A stretch of DNA of 64,000 bases, taken from NCBI GenBank assembly GCA_036382395.1, contig DASVHW010000043.1:7678-71677 (forward strand). Reading direction: 5' to 3'. Source of the stretch: Candidatus Binatia bacterium. GTDB taxonomy: Bacteria > Desulfobacterota > Binatia > HRBIN30. A program made the translations under genes and the position numbers. Positions 42,197 to 51,862 of the stretch are shown piece after piece. A model generated the notes under the pieces. The model saw only the letters and a program-made list of their open reading frames with translations, was not told where the DNA came from and made no database searches. Each line of letters begins with the position of its first letter. Position 1 is the stretch's first letter.

Positions 42197-43411
42197 ATGG
42201 CCAAATCGGCACCGCAACAGCGTCCGGCACTCACCATCATTTTCCTCACCGTCTTCGTTGACCTCTTGGGGTTCGGCATTGTCTTGCCTCTGCTGCCCTA
42301 CTACGCGCGCGAGTTTCATGCCTCTGGAATGACCGCCGGGGCACTGATCGCCGTTTATTCCGCCATGCAGTTCGTGTTTGCGCCGCTGTGGGGACGCTGG
42401 TCGGACCGCATTGGCCGGCGGCCTGTTCTTCTCGTGAGCCTGGCGGGTTCGACCTTGTCCTATCTGCTGTTTGCGCTCGCCGGCGGCATCGGCATGCTAT
42501 TCGTCTCCCGGATTTTTGCTGGCATTGCCGGCGCCAACATTCCGGTGGCGCAGGCATTCATCGCCGACAGCACGAGCGAGAAGGACAGGGCTCGCGGTAT
42601 GGGGCTCATCGGTGCCGCGTTCGGTCTCGGTTTCGTTTTTGGACCAGCGGTCGGCGGGTTACTGGCGCACTACGGTCATGCCGCCCCTGGTCTGGCAGCC
42701 ACGGCCATTTGTGGACTCAACTTCATCGGCGCGCTGTGGCGTCTGCCTGAGTCGCTTGCCCCGGAGCGCCGTCACGTCACTCGAGGCCGACACCCGGTGA
42801 CGCAGTTGCGTGAAGCGTTCCACCGGCCGCAGCTTGGCGTGTCCATGTTCATGTTCGCCGCCGTCGTGTTTTCGTTCTCCACCGTCGAGACGACACTTTC
42901 GTTGCTCTGCGCCACGTCCTACCGCATGAGCGCATCGCACATTTATTGGTTGTTTGCCTACCTGGGTGTGATGACCACGATCATGCAAGGCGGCCTCATG
43001 GGCCGGCTCTCCCACCGTATCGACGAGAGTCGCCTGGTTGTCATCGGCGCGGCACTGCTCGCTGCCGGCATCGCCGCGGCGCCGTACACACCGCCCATCA
43101 CCCCACTTCTCCTGGCCTTGGGCGCCATCGCGTTCGGCCAAGGCATCACGTCGCCAGTGTTATCGAGCTTGATCTCGAAAGCGAGCGGAGGAAAGGGACA
43201 CGGCGGCGTGCTTGGCATCTCCCAGTCGCTCGGCAGTCTGGCGCGCATCCTGGGCCCGCTGTGGGGCGGATTGATGTTCGACTACGGCGGACCAGCCGCG
43301 CCGTACCTGACCACAGCGGCCGTGATGGCCATCACGGCCTATGTCGGGCTCTCACTGCCGCACCACGCCCACGCCACAGCGGACGCCGGAGCGGAGTTGA
43401 AGGCAGGTTAG
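42197..43411 (+). CDS. MFS transporter (12-TM, DHA1-like).
   Basis: MFS signature 'GRWSDRIGRRPVLL' between TM2 and TM3. 404 aa. Confidence 0.85.
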   Translation: MAKSAPQQRPALTIIFLTVFVDLLGFGIVLPLLPYYAREFHASGMTAGALIAVYSAMQFVFAPLWGRWSDRIGRRPVLLVSLAGSTLSYLLFALAGGIGMLFVSRIFAGIAGANIPVAQAFIADSTSEKDRARGMGLIGAAFGLGFVFGPAVGGLLAHYGHAAPGLAATAICGLNFIGALWRLPESLAPERRHVTRGRHPVTQLREAFHRPQLGVSMFMFAAVVFSFSTVETTLSLLCATSYRMSASHIYWLFAYLGVMTTIMQGGLMGRLSHRIDESRLVVIGAALLAAGIAAAPYTPPITPLLLALGAIAFGQGITSPVLSSLISKASGGKGHGGVLGISQSLGSLARILGPLWGGLMFDYGGPAAPYLTTAAVMAITAYVGLSLPHHAHATADAGAELKAG

Positions 43412-44898
43412 AAAATCTTCTCACGCGCCGCGGTAATGGCACGCTGCCAGGCTTTGAACCGGCCCTCGCGCTCATCGGCACTCCAGCACGGCTCGAAGAT
43501 CCGTCCTGAGCGCCAGGCGTGACGGACGTCATCCAGACTGCGCCAGACACCGGTCGCCAGACCGGCCAGGTAGGCGGCGCCGAGCGCCGATGCCTGCACC
43601 GATTGCGGCCGCTCGACCGGCAGGCCCAGGACGTCGGCCAAGTGCTGGAGGAGAAAGTCGTTGACGGCGGCGCCACCATCAACTCGCAGGCGTGGCGGCC
43701 GCGGCGTCGATGAATCTTCGAGCAATGTCTCCAGCACTTCGCGGCTGCGATAGGCGATGCCTTCGAGCACGGCACGGACGACGTGCGCCCGCGTGCTGCC
43801 ACGCGACAACCCGCCAATGACCGCACGAGCATCCGCATCCATGTAGGGCGTCCCCAAACCCTGAAACGCGGGGACGGCCCACACGCCGCCGGAGTCCGGC
43901 ACCTGCATTGCCAGCGTGGCGCTTTCTTCCAAGCTTTGCAGCACGCCGAGGCCGTCACGCAGCCACTGCACCGCGGCGCCCGCGGTGGGCACCGTCCCTT
44001 CCAAGCAATAGGTGCGGCCCCCCGCCAGACCCCAGAGGATCAACGGGTAGGCACCATGCATCGAGAGCACCGGGAACTCGCCGACGTTGACGTCCGCCAT
44101 GGCCGATGTTCCGTAGGTGATCTTGACCGCACCTTTGTCGACGCCCAGCTCGCCGAACATCGCGGCCTGTTGATCGCCGGCCATACCGGCCACCGGAACT
44201 TCCGCACCAAAGGCGTGCAAGCTGGCGTGGCCGTAGGTCTCACTGGACGAGCGAATGGTGGGCAACATGGTCGCAGGGATATTCAGAAACTCCAGGATCT
44301 GTTGATCCCAGCCGCCTTGCATCGCATCGTAGAGGCCGGTGCACGAGGCGTTGGAGTGGTCCGTGGCGTACACCGCGCCACCGGTGAGCTTCCATAAGAG
44401 CCAAGTGTCCACCGTACCGAAGCAGAGCTCTCCGTTGGCAGCCCGCTGCGCACCATCCGGCAGCGTACGCAGTACCCATTCGAGCTTCGTGGCCGAGGCC
44501 ATGGCGTTCGTATAAATGCCGTGCGCCAGCAGCTCGGGCACACGATCAGCGGTGCGCGTGTCCTGCCACACGATGGCGGGGTAAATCGGGCGCCCCGAGT
44601 CGCGTTCCCAGACCACCGTCGTGGACCGCTGGTTGGCGATGCCGATAGCGGTGAGGTCGGCGGCCGTCAGCCGTGCGGCCTCCAAACTCCGCGCGCACAC
44701 GGCATGGGTCGCCTTCCAAATCTCCTCGGCATCCAATTCGACCCAACCGGGTCGGGGATAGCGCGGGGTCAACTCGTGATAGGCGACGCCGAGGACGGCG
44801 CTGCTGTCATCGATGACCAGCGCGCGCACGCCGGTCGTGCCTTCATCAATCGCGAGAACGTAACGCATGACCAAAAAGCCGTGAGTCGTGCTCGTCAA
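43408..44898 (-). CDS. glpK: Glycerol kinase (FGGY family).
   Basis: N-terminus 'YVLAIDEGTTGVRALV', 'GWVELDAEEIW', and C-terminal FGGY motifs 'VDGGAAVNDFLLQHLADVLGLPVERP'. Its stop overlaps the MFS stop on the other strand (ttag). Confidence 0.9.
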   Translation of the reverse strand: MTSTTHGFLVMRYVLAIDEGTTGVRALVIDDSSAVLGVAYHELTPRYPRPGWVELDAEEIWKATHAVCARSLEAARLTAADLTAIGIANQRSTTVVWERDSGRPIYPAIVWQDTRTADRVPELLAHGIYTNAMASATKLEWVLRTLPDGAQRAANGELCFGTVDTWLLWKLTGGAVYATDHSNASCTGLYDAMQGGWDQQILEFLNIPATMLPTIRSSSETYGHASLHAFGAEVPVAGMAGDQQAAMFGELGVDKGAVKITYGTSAMADVNVGEFPVLSMHGAYPLILWGLAGGRTYCLEGTVPTAGAAVQWLRDGLGVLQSLEESATLAMQVPDSGGVWAVPAFQGLGTPYMDADARAVIGGLSRGSTRAHVVRAVLEGIAYRSREVLETLLEDSSTPRPPRLRVDGGAAVNDFLLQHLADVLGLPVERPQSVQASALGAAYLAGLATGVWRSLDDVRHAWRSGRIFEPCWSADEREGRFKAWQRAITAAREKIF

Positions 44899-44925
44899 TC
44901 GTGTTCGGAAGAACAGCCCGGTTGG

Positions 44926-44962
44926 GTTCCCTCTCCCTTTGGGAGACGGTCAGGGTGAGGGC
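44926..44962. repeat. REP-like palindromic intergenic repeat, copy 2 (gttCCCTCTCCCtttGGGAGAcGGtcagggtgagggcc).
   Basis: Matches the 39792..39828 element at ~33 of 37 positions. Lies between the FAD-oxidase stop and the glpK start. Confidence 0.6.
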
Positions 44963-44989
44963 CAACAAGCCACGCCTCACGGACACGAC

Positions 44990-46408
44990 TCACGATTCTT
45001 CGGGGATCAGCACCCCGGGGTTCATGATGCCGTTGGGATCGAGGGTCTTCTTGATGCGCCGCAACACCGCCAGACCGTTGCCGAGTTCCCGCTCCATCCA
45101 CGGCATACGCAGGCGACCGATGCCGTGGTGGTGCGAAATCGTGCCGTGACAGCCGAGGGTCGCCTCCATCGCCTGGCGCCAGCACGCCAAGTACGTCGCT
45201 TCCGCCTGCTCTGGATCGTCGGGGCGCGCAACAAACGTGAAGTAAATGTTCGTGCCCTGCGGGTAGCTGTGGGAGCTGTGTCCGGATGCAATCACGATCC
45301 CCTCGACTTGTTGCAACGCGGCGATGACCTCGCGGTACAGGTCGTGAATGTGGTCCCAGGTGGTGGCGACCTCGATGGTATCCAACACGAAGCCTCGTTC
45401 GAGAAAGGTCTCGAAGCCGGGCACTTGGTTGCGCTCGACCAGCCAGTGCTGCACCGGCTCGGGTCCCACGACCTGTCCCCCGTTGGCCGAGCAGATGGCG
45501 TCGCTCGCCGTGCTTTCGGCCGCGGTCAACGCCGCCGGTCCTTCGGACAACAGCAACAGCAGGCAATTGTTGCCGGTGCTGGCGCTGGTGAACAAGCGTG
45601 CGGTCTCGATGCCATCGTACAACCGCACCACCGGCGGCTTCCATCCCGCACGCAGGATATGGCGAATCGCCTCCAAGCCCTCACCTATGGATGCAAAACT
45701 GTAGGCCTGGGGGACGCTGGTCTCAGGCCGAGGGAAGATCTTGGCCGTCACTTCGGTCACGATGCCAAGCGTACCTTCCGCACCCAAGAACAAGTGGCGC
45801 AGATCGGGCCCTGTTGCGGACCGCGGTCCCACCCGCGTGCGCAGCACGTGACCGTCGGGCAGCACCGCTTCGAGCGCGAGAACGATGTCCTCGATACTTC
45901 CGTAGCGCGTGGAGTACTGGCCCGCTGCCCGCGTCGCCACCCAGCCGCCGACAGTAGAGATGTCGATCGACTGTGGAAAATGCCCCATCGAGTACCCCGC
46001 TTCGTTCAGCGCCGCTTCGAAAGCATTGCCCATCATGCCGGCTTGCACGCGGACGGTCAGCGCGGTCTCGTTGAGCTCAACGATGCGATTCATCCGGCGC
46101 AGGTCGACGACGATGGCCCCATCGGCTGGCAGGACACCTCCGCACACACCGGAACCGGCGCCAAAGGGTACGATCGGAAGGTGCTGCTGATTGGCGTATT
46201 CGATCACCGTGCTGATGTGCTCGACTCCAGTGGGGCTCACGACGCACAGCGGGCGCGCGGTCAGGGTGCCACGCAGCGCGCGCAACACGGACAGACACCA
46301 GGTATCGCGGCTGTGTTGCCGCAAACTGTCGTCATTCCACCGCACGATCTCGCTGCCGAGTCGCGCCGTGAGTTCCTGGCGATGACGCACGAGGTCGGCT
46401 TCAGCCAT
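44990..46408 (-). CDS. FAD-linked oxidase (GlcD / D-lactate dehydrogenase-like; PCMH-type FAD-binding domain plus FAD-oxidase C-terminal domain).
   Basis: 'PIVPFGAGSGVCGG', 'VDLRRMNRIVELN', and C-terminal 'HHHGIGRLR' typical of the GlcD/AGPS family. Confidence 0.8.
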   Translation of the reverse strand: MAEADLVRHRQELTARLGSEIVRWNDDSLRQHSRDTWCLSVLRALRGTLTARPLCVVSPTGVEHISTVIEYANQQHLPIVPFGAGSGVCGGVLPADGAIVVDLRRMNRIVELNETALTVRVQAGMMGNAFEAALNEAGYSMGHFPQSIDISTVGGWVATRAAGQYSTRYGSIEDIVLALEAVLPDGHVLRTRVGPRSATGPDLRHLFLGAEGTLGIVTEVTAKIFPRPETSVPQAYSFASIGEGLEAIRHILRAGWKPPVVRLYDGIETARLFTSASTGNNCLLLLLSEGPAALTAAESTASDAICSANGGQVVGPEPVQHWLVERNQVPGFETFLERGFVLDTIEVATTWDHIHDLYREVIAALQQVEGIVIASGHSSHSYPQGTNIYFTFVARPDDPEQAEATYLACWRQAMEATLGCHGTISHHHGIGRLRMPWMERELGNGLAVLRRIKKTLDPNGIMNPGVLIPEES

Positions 46409-48095
46409 GCGCCACGCGCGGTGTGGTTTCGGCTTCCAACTCCGGCGAGAAGGTGTTCACTTCGCGTACGTGGCGCCGATAGTTTGTGAGCTCCGCGGCG
46501 ATACGACGGGCATCCCAACCCAAGAGATCGCCCATCAGCCGTGCCGCCTCGGGGGCCACGGTGAGACCGTTGTCGACATCCCACAAGAACAGACGCGCCC
46601 GCCGTTCCAGAAAGTCCTGCAACGTCATGGCCATCTCCTCGCGAACGGCGTAGGCCACCTCGCCGCGGGTGACCGCCTTGTCGGCGGCGCACCGGCGCGC
46701 CAACGCCGGGTCCGCCACCATGGCCTCCACCATCCGTTCCGCATTACTGCCGTAGAGACCCACCAACCGGTCGACGATGTCGGTCGCCACCTGCGGCCAA
46801 CGTTTCTTCAGGCGCGTGACGAAGGCCTCGATATCATCACCGGTCTCACCGCCAGACAACGGCACGCTGTCGCTGTCGCCCTTCCTCTCAGGCAGCCGTT
46901 CCCCGCCGGCCGACAGACGCTCGACCGCCATCTCCACCACGCGCTCCGCCATCTTTCGATACGTCGTCAGTTTGCCGCCGGCAATTGAGATCATCCCCGT
47001 CGGACCGACCATGATTTCATCCCGGCGTGAGATTTCCGTCGGCGTCTTGCCTTCCTGGTGCAACAGTGGCCGAAGCCCGGCCCACGCGCCAACGACGTCG
47101 CTCTCGGTGAGTCGATCCACATCGAACGTTGCGTTGGCGGCATCGAGCAGGTACGTGACATCCTCCGCCGTGATCCACGGGTCGTCGTAGCGCCCGTCGT
47201 AATCCGTGTCGGTTGTGCCGATATAGACGACGTCGCCGTGCGGCACGACGAAGACCGCGCGGTGATCGGAGGTGTTCATGACTACGATGCGTGAAACCGT
47301 CAGCCGCTCGCGCCGCAGGACAAGATGAATTCCCTTGGTAAGATGCAGGCGCGGGGTCTCTCCTTCCCCCTCGAGCAGGCGGACGGCATCGACCCAGGGA
47401 CCGGCGGCGTTGACGATCACCTTGGCACGCACGGAGCACTCGCCGCCGGTCATGGAGTCTTTGACCATCGCCGCGGACAACTTGCCGTTGTCCTTGGCCA
47501 AGCCCGTGACCTCGGAGTAGTTGGTGACGACCGCACCCAGCGCGGCAGCTGACTTCAGGGTGTCGAGCACCAGGCGCGCATCATCGGTGAGATACTCGAA
47601 GTAGAGACCGGCGCCGTACAGATCCTTCGGCCGCAACAACGGTTCCAAAGCAAGCGTCTCATCACGGTTGACCATCCGATAGCGCTCGTCTTCAAGGACC
47701 CGCGCCATGCGATCGAAGGTCCACAAGCCGACGCTGAGCTTGGCATAGGTCGGGCGCGAGTGGACGGGAACGAGCATGTGAATGGGCCGCGCCAGATGGG
47801 GTGCCAGGCGCCGCAGGACGCGGCGCTCGTTCGCGGCCTCCATGACCAGACCGACATCGCCTTGCTGCAGGTAGCGGACGCCCCCGTGAATCAGCTTCGA
47901 AGATCGGCTGCTGGTGCCAACGGCAAAGTCGCGCCGTTCCACCAGAGCGACGCGCAACCCACGCAGCGCCGCATCCCGCGCGATCCCAGCACCAGTGATA
48001 CCGCCGCCGATCACCAGCACATCGAATTGATCACGCGAGAGCTGTTCGAGATTCTTGGCTCGGGTTCGGAACGAGAAATCGAGAGAACGCGCCAT
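46401..48095 (-). CDS. glpD: FAD-dependent glycerol-3-phosphate dehydrogenase.
   Basis: 'FDVLVIGGGITGAGIARDAALRGLRVALVERRDFAVGTSSRSSKLIHGGVRYL' dinucleotide-binding motif and GlpD family features. 8-nt overlap with the downstream oxidase. Confidence 0.85.
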   Translation of the reverse strand: MARSLDFSFRTRAKNLEQLSRDQFDVLVIGGGITGAGIARDAALRGLRVALVERRDFAVGTSSRSSKLIHGGVRYLQQGDVGLVMEAANERRVLRRLAPHLARPIHMLVPVHSRPTYAKLSVGLWTFDRMARVLEDERYRMVNRDETLALEPLLRPKDLYGAGLYFEYLTDDARLVLDTLKSAAALGAVVTNYSEVTGLAKDNGKLSAAMVKDSMTGGECSVRAKVIVNAAGPWVDAVRLLEGEGETPRLHLTKGIHLVLRRERLTVSRIVVMNTSDHRAVFVVPHGDVVYIGTTDTDYDGRYDDPWITAEDVTYLLDAANATFDVDRLTESDVVGAWAGLRPLLHQEGKTPTEISRRDEIMVGPTGMISIAGGKLTTYRKMAERVVEMAVERLSAGGERLPERKGDSDSVPLSGGETGDDIEAFVTRLKKRWPQVATDIVDRLVGLYGSNAERMVEAMVADPALARRCAADKAVTRGEVAYAVREEMAMTLQDFLERRARLFLWDVDNGLTVAPEAARLMGDLLGWDARRIAAELTNYRRHVREVNTFSPELEAETTPRVAHG

Positions 48096-48267
48096 ATAAT
48101 TCTAGTAGAACACCGCCCCTTCGAATACCCGCCACCTTCGCTTCCCCTCCCGGGTTTGTCAACCGGAACCGCGGCGGCGTCATGGTTCGATATGGCGACG
48201 TGGTATCGCATTCAACCACTCATTTTGCTTCAGTTGACTCCGAAGGCTGGGCACGATTTACAGTACG

Positions 48268-48984
48268 GTGATGTTCCTTCGGGCGATACTTTTCGATTAC
48301 GGCGGCACGTTGGATGGGGCGGGCAGCCATTGGCTGCTTCGTTTCGAGGAACTGTACCGCCAATCGGGGCTCGATGTGCCATTCGAACGGCTGCGAGCCG
48401 CCTTCGATCATGCCACACAGTGCGCCTACGCGGACCCGACGGTGGCCGGGTTCGGACTGGAGACGCTCGTGCAGTATCACGTGCAGCGGCAGATGGAACA
48501 CCTCCGCATCTCCGACCCCACTCGTGCCGACATGGTGGTGGCGCGATTTCTCTACGCATCCCGGGCGGGACTGGAAGAGAGCCGCCTCGTACTCGACCGG
48601 CTCCGCCACCGTGTCGCCCTGGGAGTGATCTCGAATTTCTATGGGAATGTGCACCGGATTCTCAACGAAGCGGGGCTGGCGCCCCTACTGACCACCGTCA
48701 TTGATTCGGGCGTCGTGGGCTTGAAGAAACCCGATCCGGAGATCTTCGCCTTGGCGGTACGCCAGATCGGCTGCGCACCAGCAGAGGCGCTGTATGTCGG
48801 TGACTCCTTCGAGAAGGACATCGTTGGGGCACACATGGCCGGACTTCGCACCGCTTGGCTGGTCGGCACGACGGAACGTCCCTGTCCCCGCCCGCAGTGC
48901 GTCGACGTGCGGGTGCGCCGCCTCGCGGATGTGGAACGGATCGTCGACAGCTTCCCGAACGCCAGCGCCGCAGCTGAGTCGTAA
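48268..48984 (+). CDS. HAD-superfamily hydrolase (subfamily IA, haloacid-dehalogenase-type motif I).
   Basis: Motif I 'LFDYGGTL', motif II 'VISNF', motif III/IV 'KKPDPEIF ... YVGDSFEKDIVGA'. Confidence 0.75.
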   Translation: MMFLRAILFDYGGTLDGAGSHWLLRFEELYRQSGLDVPFERLRAAFDHATQCAYADPTVAGFGLETLVQYHVQRQMEHLRISDPTRADMVVARFLYASRAGLEESRLVLDRLRHRVALGVISNFYGNVHRILNEAGLAPLLTTVIDSGVVGLKKPDPEIFALAVRQIGCAPAEALYVGDSFEKDIVGAHMAGLRTAWLVGTTERPCPRPQCVDVRVRRLADVERIVDSFPNASAAAES

Positions 48985-48990
48985 GCGCCG

Positions 48991-49698
48991 ATGAAAGCCG
49001 GACTCATCGCTGCCGGGCTCGGCGTGCGCCTCCGCGAGCACGGCATCACGCTTCCCAAACCCCTGGTCCCCGTGGCCGGTAGAGCCTTGATCGACTACGT
49101 GCTGGGCGCCGCGGTCATGGCGGGAGTGCGTCAGATCGCGGCCATCGTCAACGAGGAGTCCAGCGGGATCGAGCAGCACTGTCAGGCGCATTGGCCGCAG
49201 CTGACATTCGAGTTTGTCCGGCGCACGACGCCAAGCTCGATGGAAAGCTTGTTCGCACTGCGCCCGTTGTTGGAAGGCGGACGGTTCGTGCTGCTGACGG
49301 TGGACGCGATTTTCGCACCGGCGGTGCTGCAAACATTCCTCAGCGCAGCAGCTGCGCGCGACGACGCACAGGGGGTGCTCGCATTGAGCGATTTCGTCGA
49401 TGATGAAAAGCCGCTCTATACGCGCATCGCGTCAGACGGCCGTATCACGGCACTGGGTGCCGACGCCCAAGGCGCCACGTTGGTCACTGCAGGATTCTAC
49501 GTGTTCGACCCAGTGATCTTCCGCGAAATCCCTCTCGCCAGGCAGTCCGGCTTCACGGCGTTGCGCCAGTTCTTGGGACACCTGCTCCAGCGGGGCTACC
49601 GTCTGTACGGCGAGCGGATTTCCAAGACCGTCGACGTCGACCGGCCGGAAGATATCGGTGTCGCCGAGGCCTTCATCCGCAGTGGATTCACAGCATGA
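48991..49698 (+). CDS. Sugar/polyol-phosphate nucleotidyltransferase (LicC/IPCT-like cytidylyltransferase fold).
   Basis: N-terminal 'MKAGLIAAGLGVRL' (G-x-G-x-R) NTP-transferase signature. 235 aa. Confidence 0.75.
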   Translation: MKAGLIAAGLGVRLREHGITLPKPLVPVAGRALIDYVLGAAVMAGVRQIAAIVNEESSGIEQHCQAHWPQLTFEFVRRTTPSSMESLFALRPLLEGGRFVLLTVDAIFAPAVLQTFLSAAAARDDAQGVLALSDFVDDEKPLYTRIASDGRITALGADAQGATLVTAGFYVFDPVIFREIPLARQSGFTALRQFLGHLLQRGYRLYGERISKTVDVDRPEDIGVAEAFIRSGFTA

Positions 49699-50504
49699 GC
49701 AAATTGGTTGGCATGACCCGTGAGCGGGTGTTCTCACCTGGCAAAGTGGAGGATGACAGCGCCATCCTCGAAGCAGCCGCCGCCCACCTGCGCGCACGGG
49801 GCCACGCCGTAACGGTGTGCCGCGCCGACGAACCCGAGTGGCCGGACCCAACGGGTGTCAGCTTGGTGTTCACCATGGCCCAAGGGGCCGCCGCGCTGGC
49901 GCGCCTGCAACACTGGCAAGCGCAGGGCGTGCGCATCATCAACAACCCGGACGGTATCCTCAATTGCCAGCGCCACCGAACGATTGCAGCCTTCGCCAAC
50001 GCAAAGATTCCGTTTCCCCAGAGTGTTCTCTTGGAGACGAGCGACGGCGCGGCTCTGCCGCAATGGGTGGCGCAGGGGGCATGGGTGAAGCGGGGGGACG
50101 TCCACGCCACCGAAGCGGGAGACGTGATCCGGATCGACAGCCGCGCCGCCGCGCGCGACGTGCTGCAGCGGCTGCAGCAGAGGGGTATCCGTACCGCCCT
50201 GGTGCAGCGGCACGTGCTGGGAACGGTGCTGAAGTTTTATGGTGTCTGGCAACGGTTCTTTCATTGCGTGCCCCCGCTCAACGGCTCGCCTCTTCCAGCC
50301 GACGTGCTCGAGCAAATGGAGGCGCTGGGCCGACGCGCGGCGCAAGCGCTGAACGTCGAAATCTACGGTGGTGATTGTGTTTACGCCGCCAACGGCGCGC
50401 TGTCCTTGATTGACTTGAACGATTGGCCCAGCTACGCTTCGTGCCGCGCTGAGGCGGCCATTGAGATAGCAGCCTATTTGCATGCGCGAGAAGCCGCAAC
50501 TTGA
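49695..50504 (+). CDS. ATP-grasp domain protein (RimK/GshB-like ligase, or ITPK1-like kinase fold).
   Basis: 'GVRIINNPDGILNCQRHRTIAAFANAKIPFPQS' pre-ATP-grasp/ATP-grasp junction, 'WVKRGDVHATEAGDV' and 'LIDLNDWPS' motifs. Start overlaps the upstream stop. Confidence 0.6.
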   Translation: MSKLVGMTRERVFSPGKVEDDSAILEAAAAHLRARGHAVTVCRADEPEWPDPTGVSLVFTMAQGAAALARLQHWQAQGVRIINNPDGILNCQRHRTIAAFANAKIPFPQSVLLETSDGAALPQWVAQGAWVKRGDVHATEAGDVIRIDSRAAARDVLQRLQQRGIRTALVQRHVLGTVLKFYGVWQRFFHCVPPLNGSPLPADVLEQMEALGRRAAQALNVEIYGGDCVYAANGALSLIDLNDWPSYASCRAEAAIEIAAYLHAREAAT

Positions 50505-51862
50505 TGGGAAAAGCTGCATCGAAGAAAGCGCCGGCCCACGATCGACTCCCCGGGCCAAAATCACGCGCCCTCATCGCCACCGAGGGTGAGTACATTGCCC
50601 CGGGACTGCAACGCATTGCCCAGCTCTCCGAAATCGCCTTGGTGGAAGGGCGTGGGTGCACGCTGGTCGATGCCGACGGCAACGAATACCTTGATTTCTT
50701 TGCGGGCGTTGCGGTCGCCAGTCTCGGCCACTCCCACCCACGGTTCGTCTCCGCGCTGATCCATCAGCTCGAAAGGCTGGCGGTGGGGAGCTTCACCAAC
50801 GAGCCGCGGACCGCATTGCTGAAACTCTTGGCGGAGCTGGCGCCGGGGGCGTTGAAACGGACCCAACTCTACAGCGGTGGGGCGGAGGCGGTCGAAGCCG
50901 CTGTTCGGTTGGCAAAATCGTACACCAAGAAGCACGAGGTCGTCGGCTTCTGGGGCGGTTTCCACGGCAAGACCGGTGGGGTGATGGGGCTGATCGGCGA
51001 TGCGTGGAAGCAGAAATGGGGGCCGCTCGCTCCAGGCACATACCTCGTGCCGTATGCCGATTGCTATCGTTGCCCCTTCAAGTTGAGCTACCCGAATTGC
51101 GGCCTGTTCTGCGTCGAATTCATGCGCAAGTCCCTCAAGACCACTACCGCAGGGGCCATCGCCGCGATCATCGTCGAGCCGATGCAGGGGACGGCGGGAA
51201 ACGTCATTCCACCACCGGAGTTCCTGCCCGCGGTGGCGGAGGTCGCGCGCGAGAACGATGCCCTCCTCATCATCGATGAAATGATCACCGGTTTCGGCCG
51301 CACCGGAAGCATGTTCGGCTGTGACCATACCGACACCGAGCCGGACGTCATGACGATCGGCAAAGGATTCGGGTCGGGGTTCCCGGTCACCGGCCTGGTC
51401 TCCACCGACGAGATCACCGCTTCCTTCCCCTTCGCCAAGCCGAGTTCCTCCTCGTCGAGCTACGGCGGCAACCCGCTGGGCGCGGCGGCGGCGCTGGCCA
51501 CCGTCGAAACGATCTTGGACGAGGAACTGGTGGAGAACTCGCAACGCGTCGGCACGGTGCTGCTGCACGAGCTGCGTCGCTTGCAGGACAAATACGAGTT
51601 CATCGGCGATGTCCGCGGCTCCGGTCTCTTGATTGGGCTCGATCTGGTGAAAGATCGGACCACGAAGCAGCCGCTGTCCTCGGCTGTCACGGAAGAAATC
51701 TTCCGAGGCGCGCTTCGGCGCGGCCTGCTGCTGATGGGGTACTTCGCGCGCGTACGCATCAATCCACCTCTCATCCTGACAGAAATGGAAGCAAGGGACG
51801 GCGTCGCCATCCTGGATGAAGTCTTTGCCGAGGTGGCGCGAACCGGCAGCTACCGGCAATGA
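50501..51862 (+). CDS. Class-III pyridoxal-phosphate aminotransferase.
   Basis: 'LIIDEMITGFGRTGSMFGCDHTDTEPDVMTIGKGFGSGFPV', with the PLP lysine in 'TIGKG'. 453 aa. Confidence 0.85.
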   Translation: MMGKAASKKAPAHDRLPGPKSRALIATEGEYIAPGLQRIAQLSEIALVEGRGCTLVDADGNEYLDFFAGVAVASLGHSHPRFVSALIHQLERLAVGSFTNEPRTALLKLLAELAPGALKRTQLYSGGAEAVEAAVRLAKSYTKKHEVVGFWGGFHGKTGGVMGLIGDAWKQKWGPLAPGTYLVPYADCYRCPFKLSYPNCGLFCVEFMRKSLKTTTAGAIAAIIVEPMQGTAGNVIPPPEFLPAVAEVARENDALLIIDEMITGFGRTGSMFGCDHTDTEPDVMTIGKGFGSGFPVTGLVSTDEITASFPFAKPSSSSSSYGGNPLGAAAALATVETILDEELVENSQRVGTVLLHELRRLQDKYEFIGDVRGSGLLIGLDLVKDRTTKQPLSSAVTEEIFRGALRRGLLLMGYFARVRINPPLILTEMEARDGVAILDEVFAEVARTGSYRQ

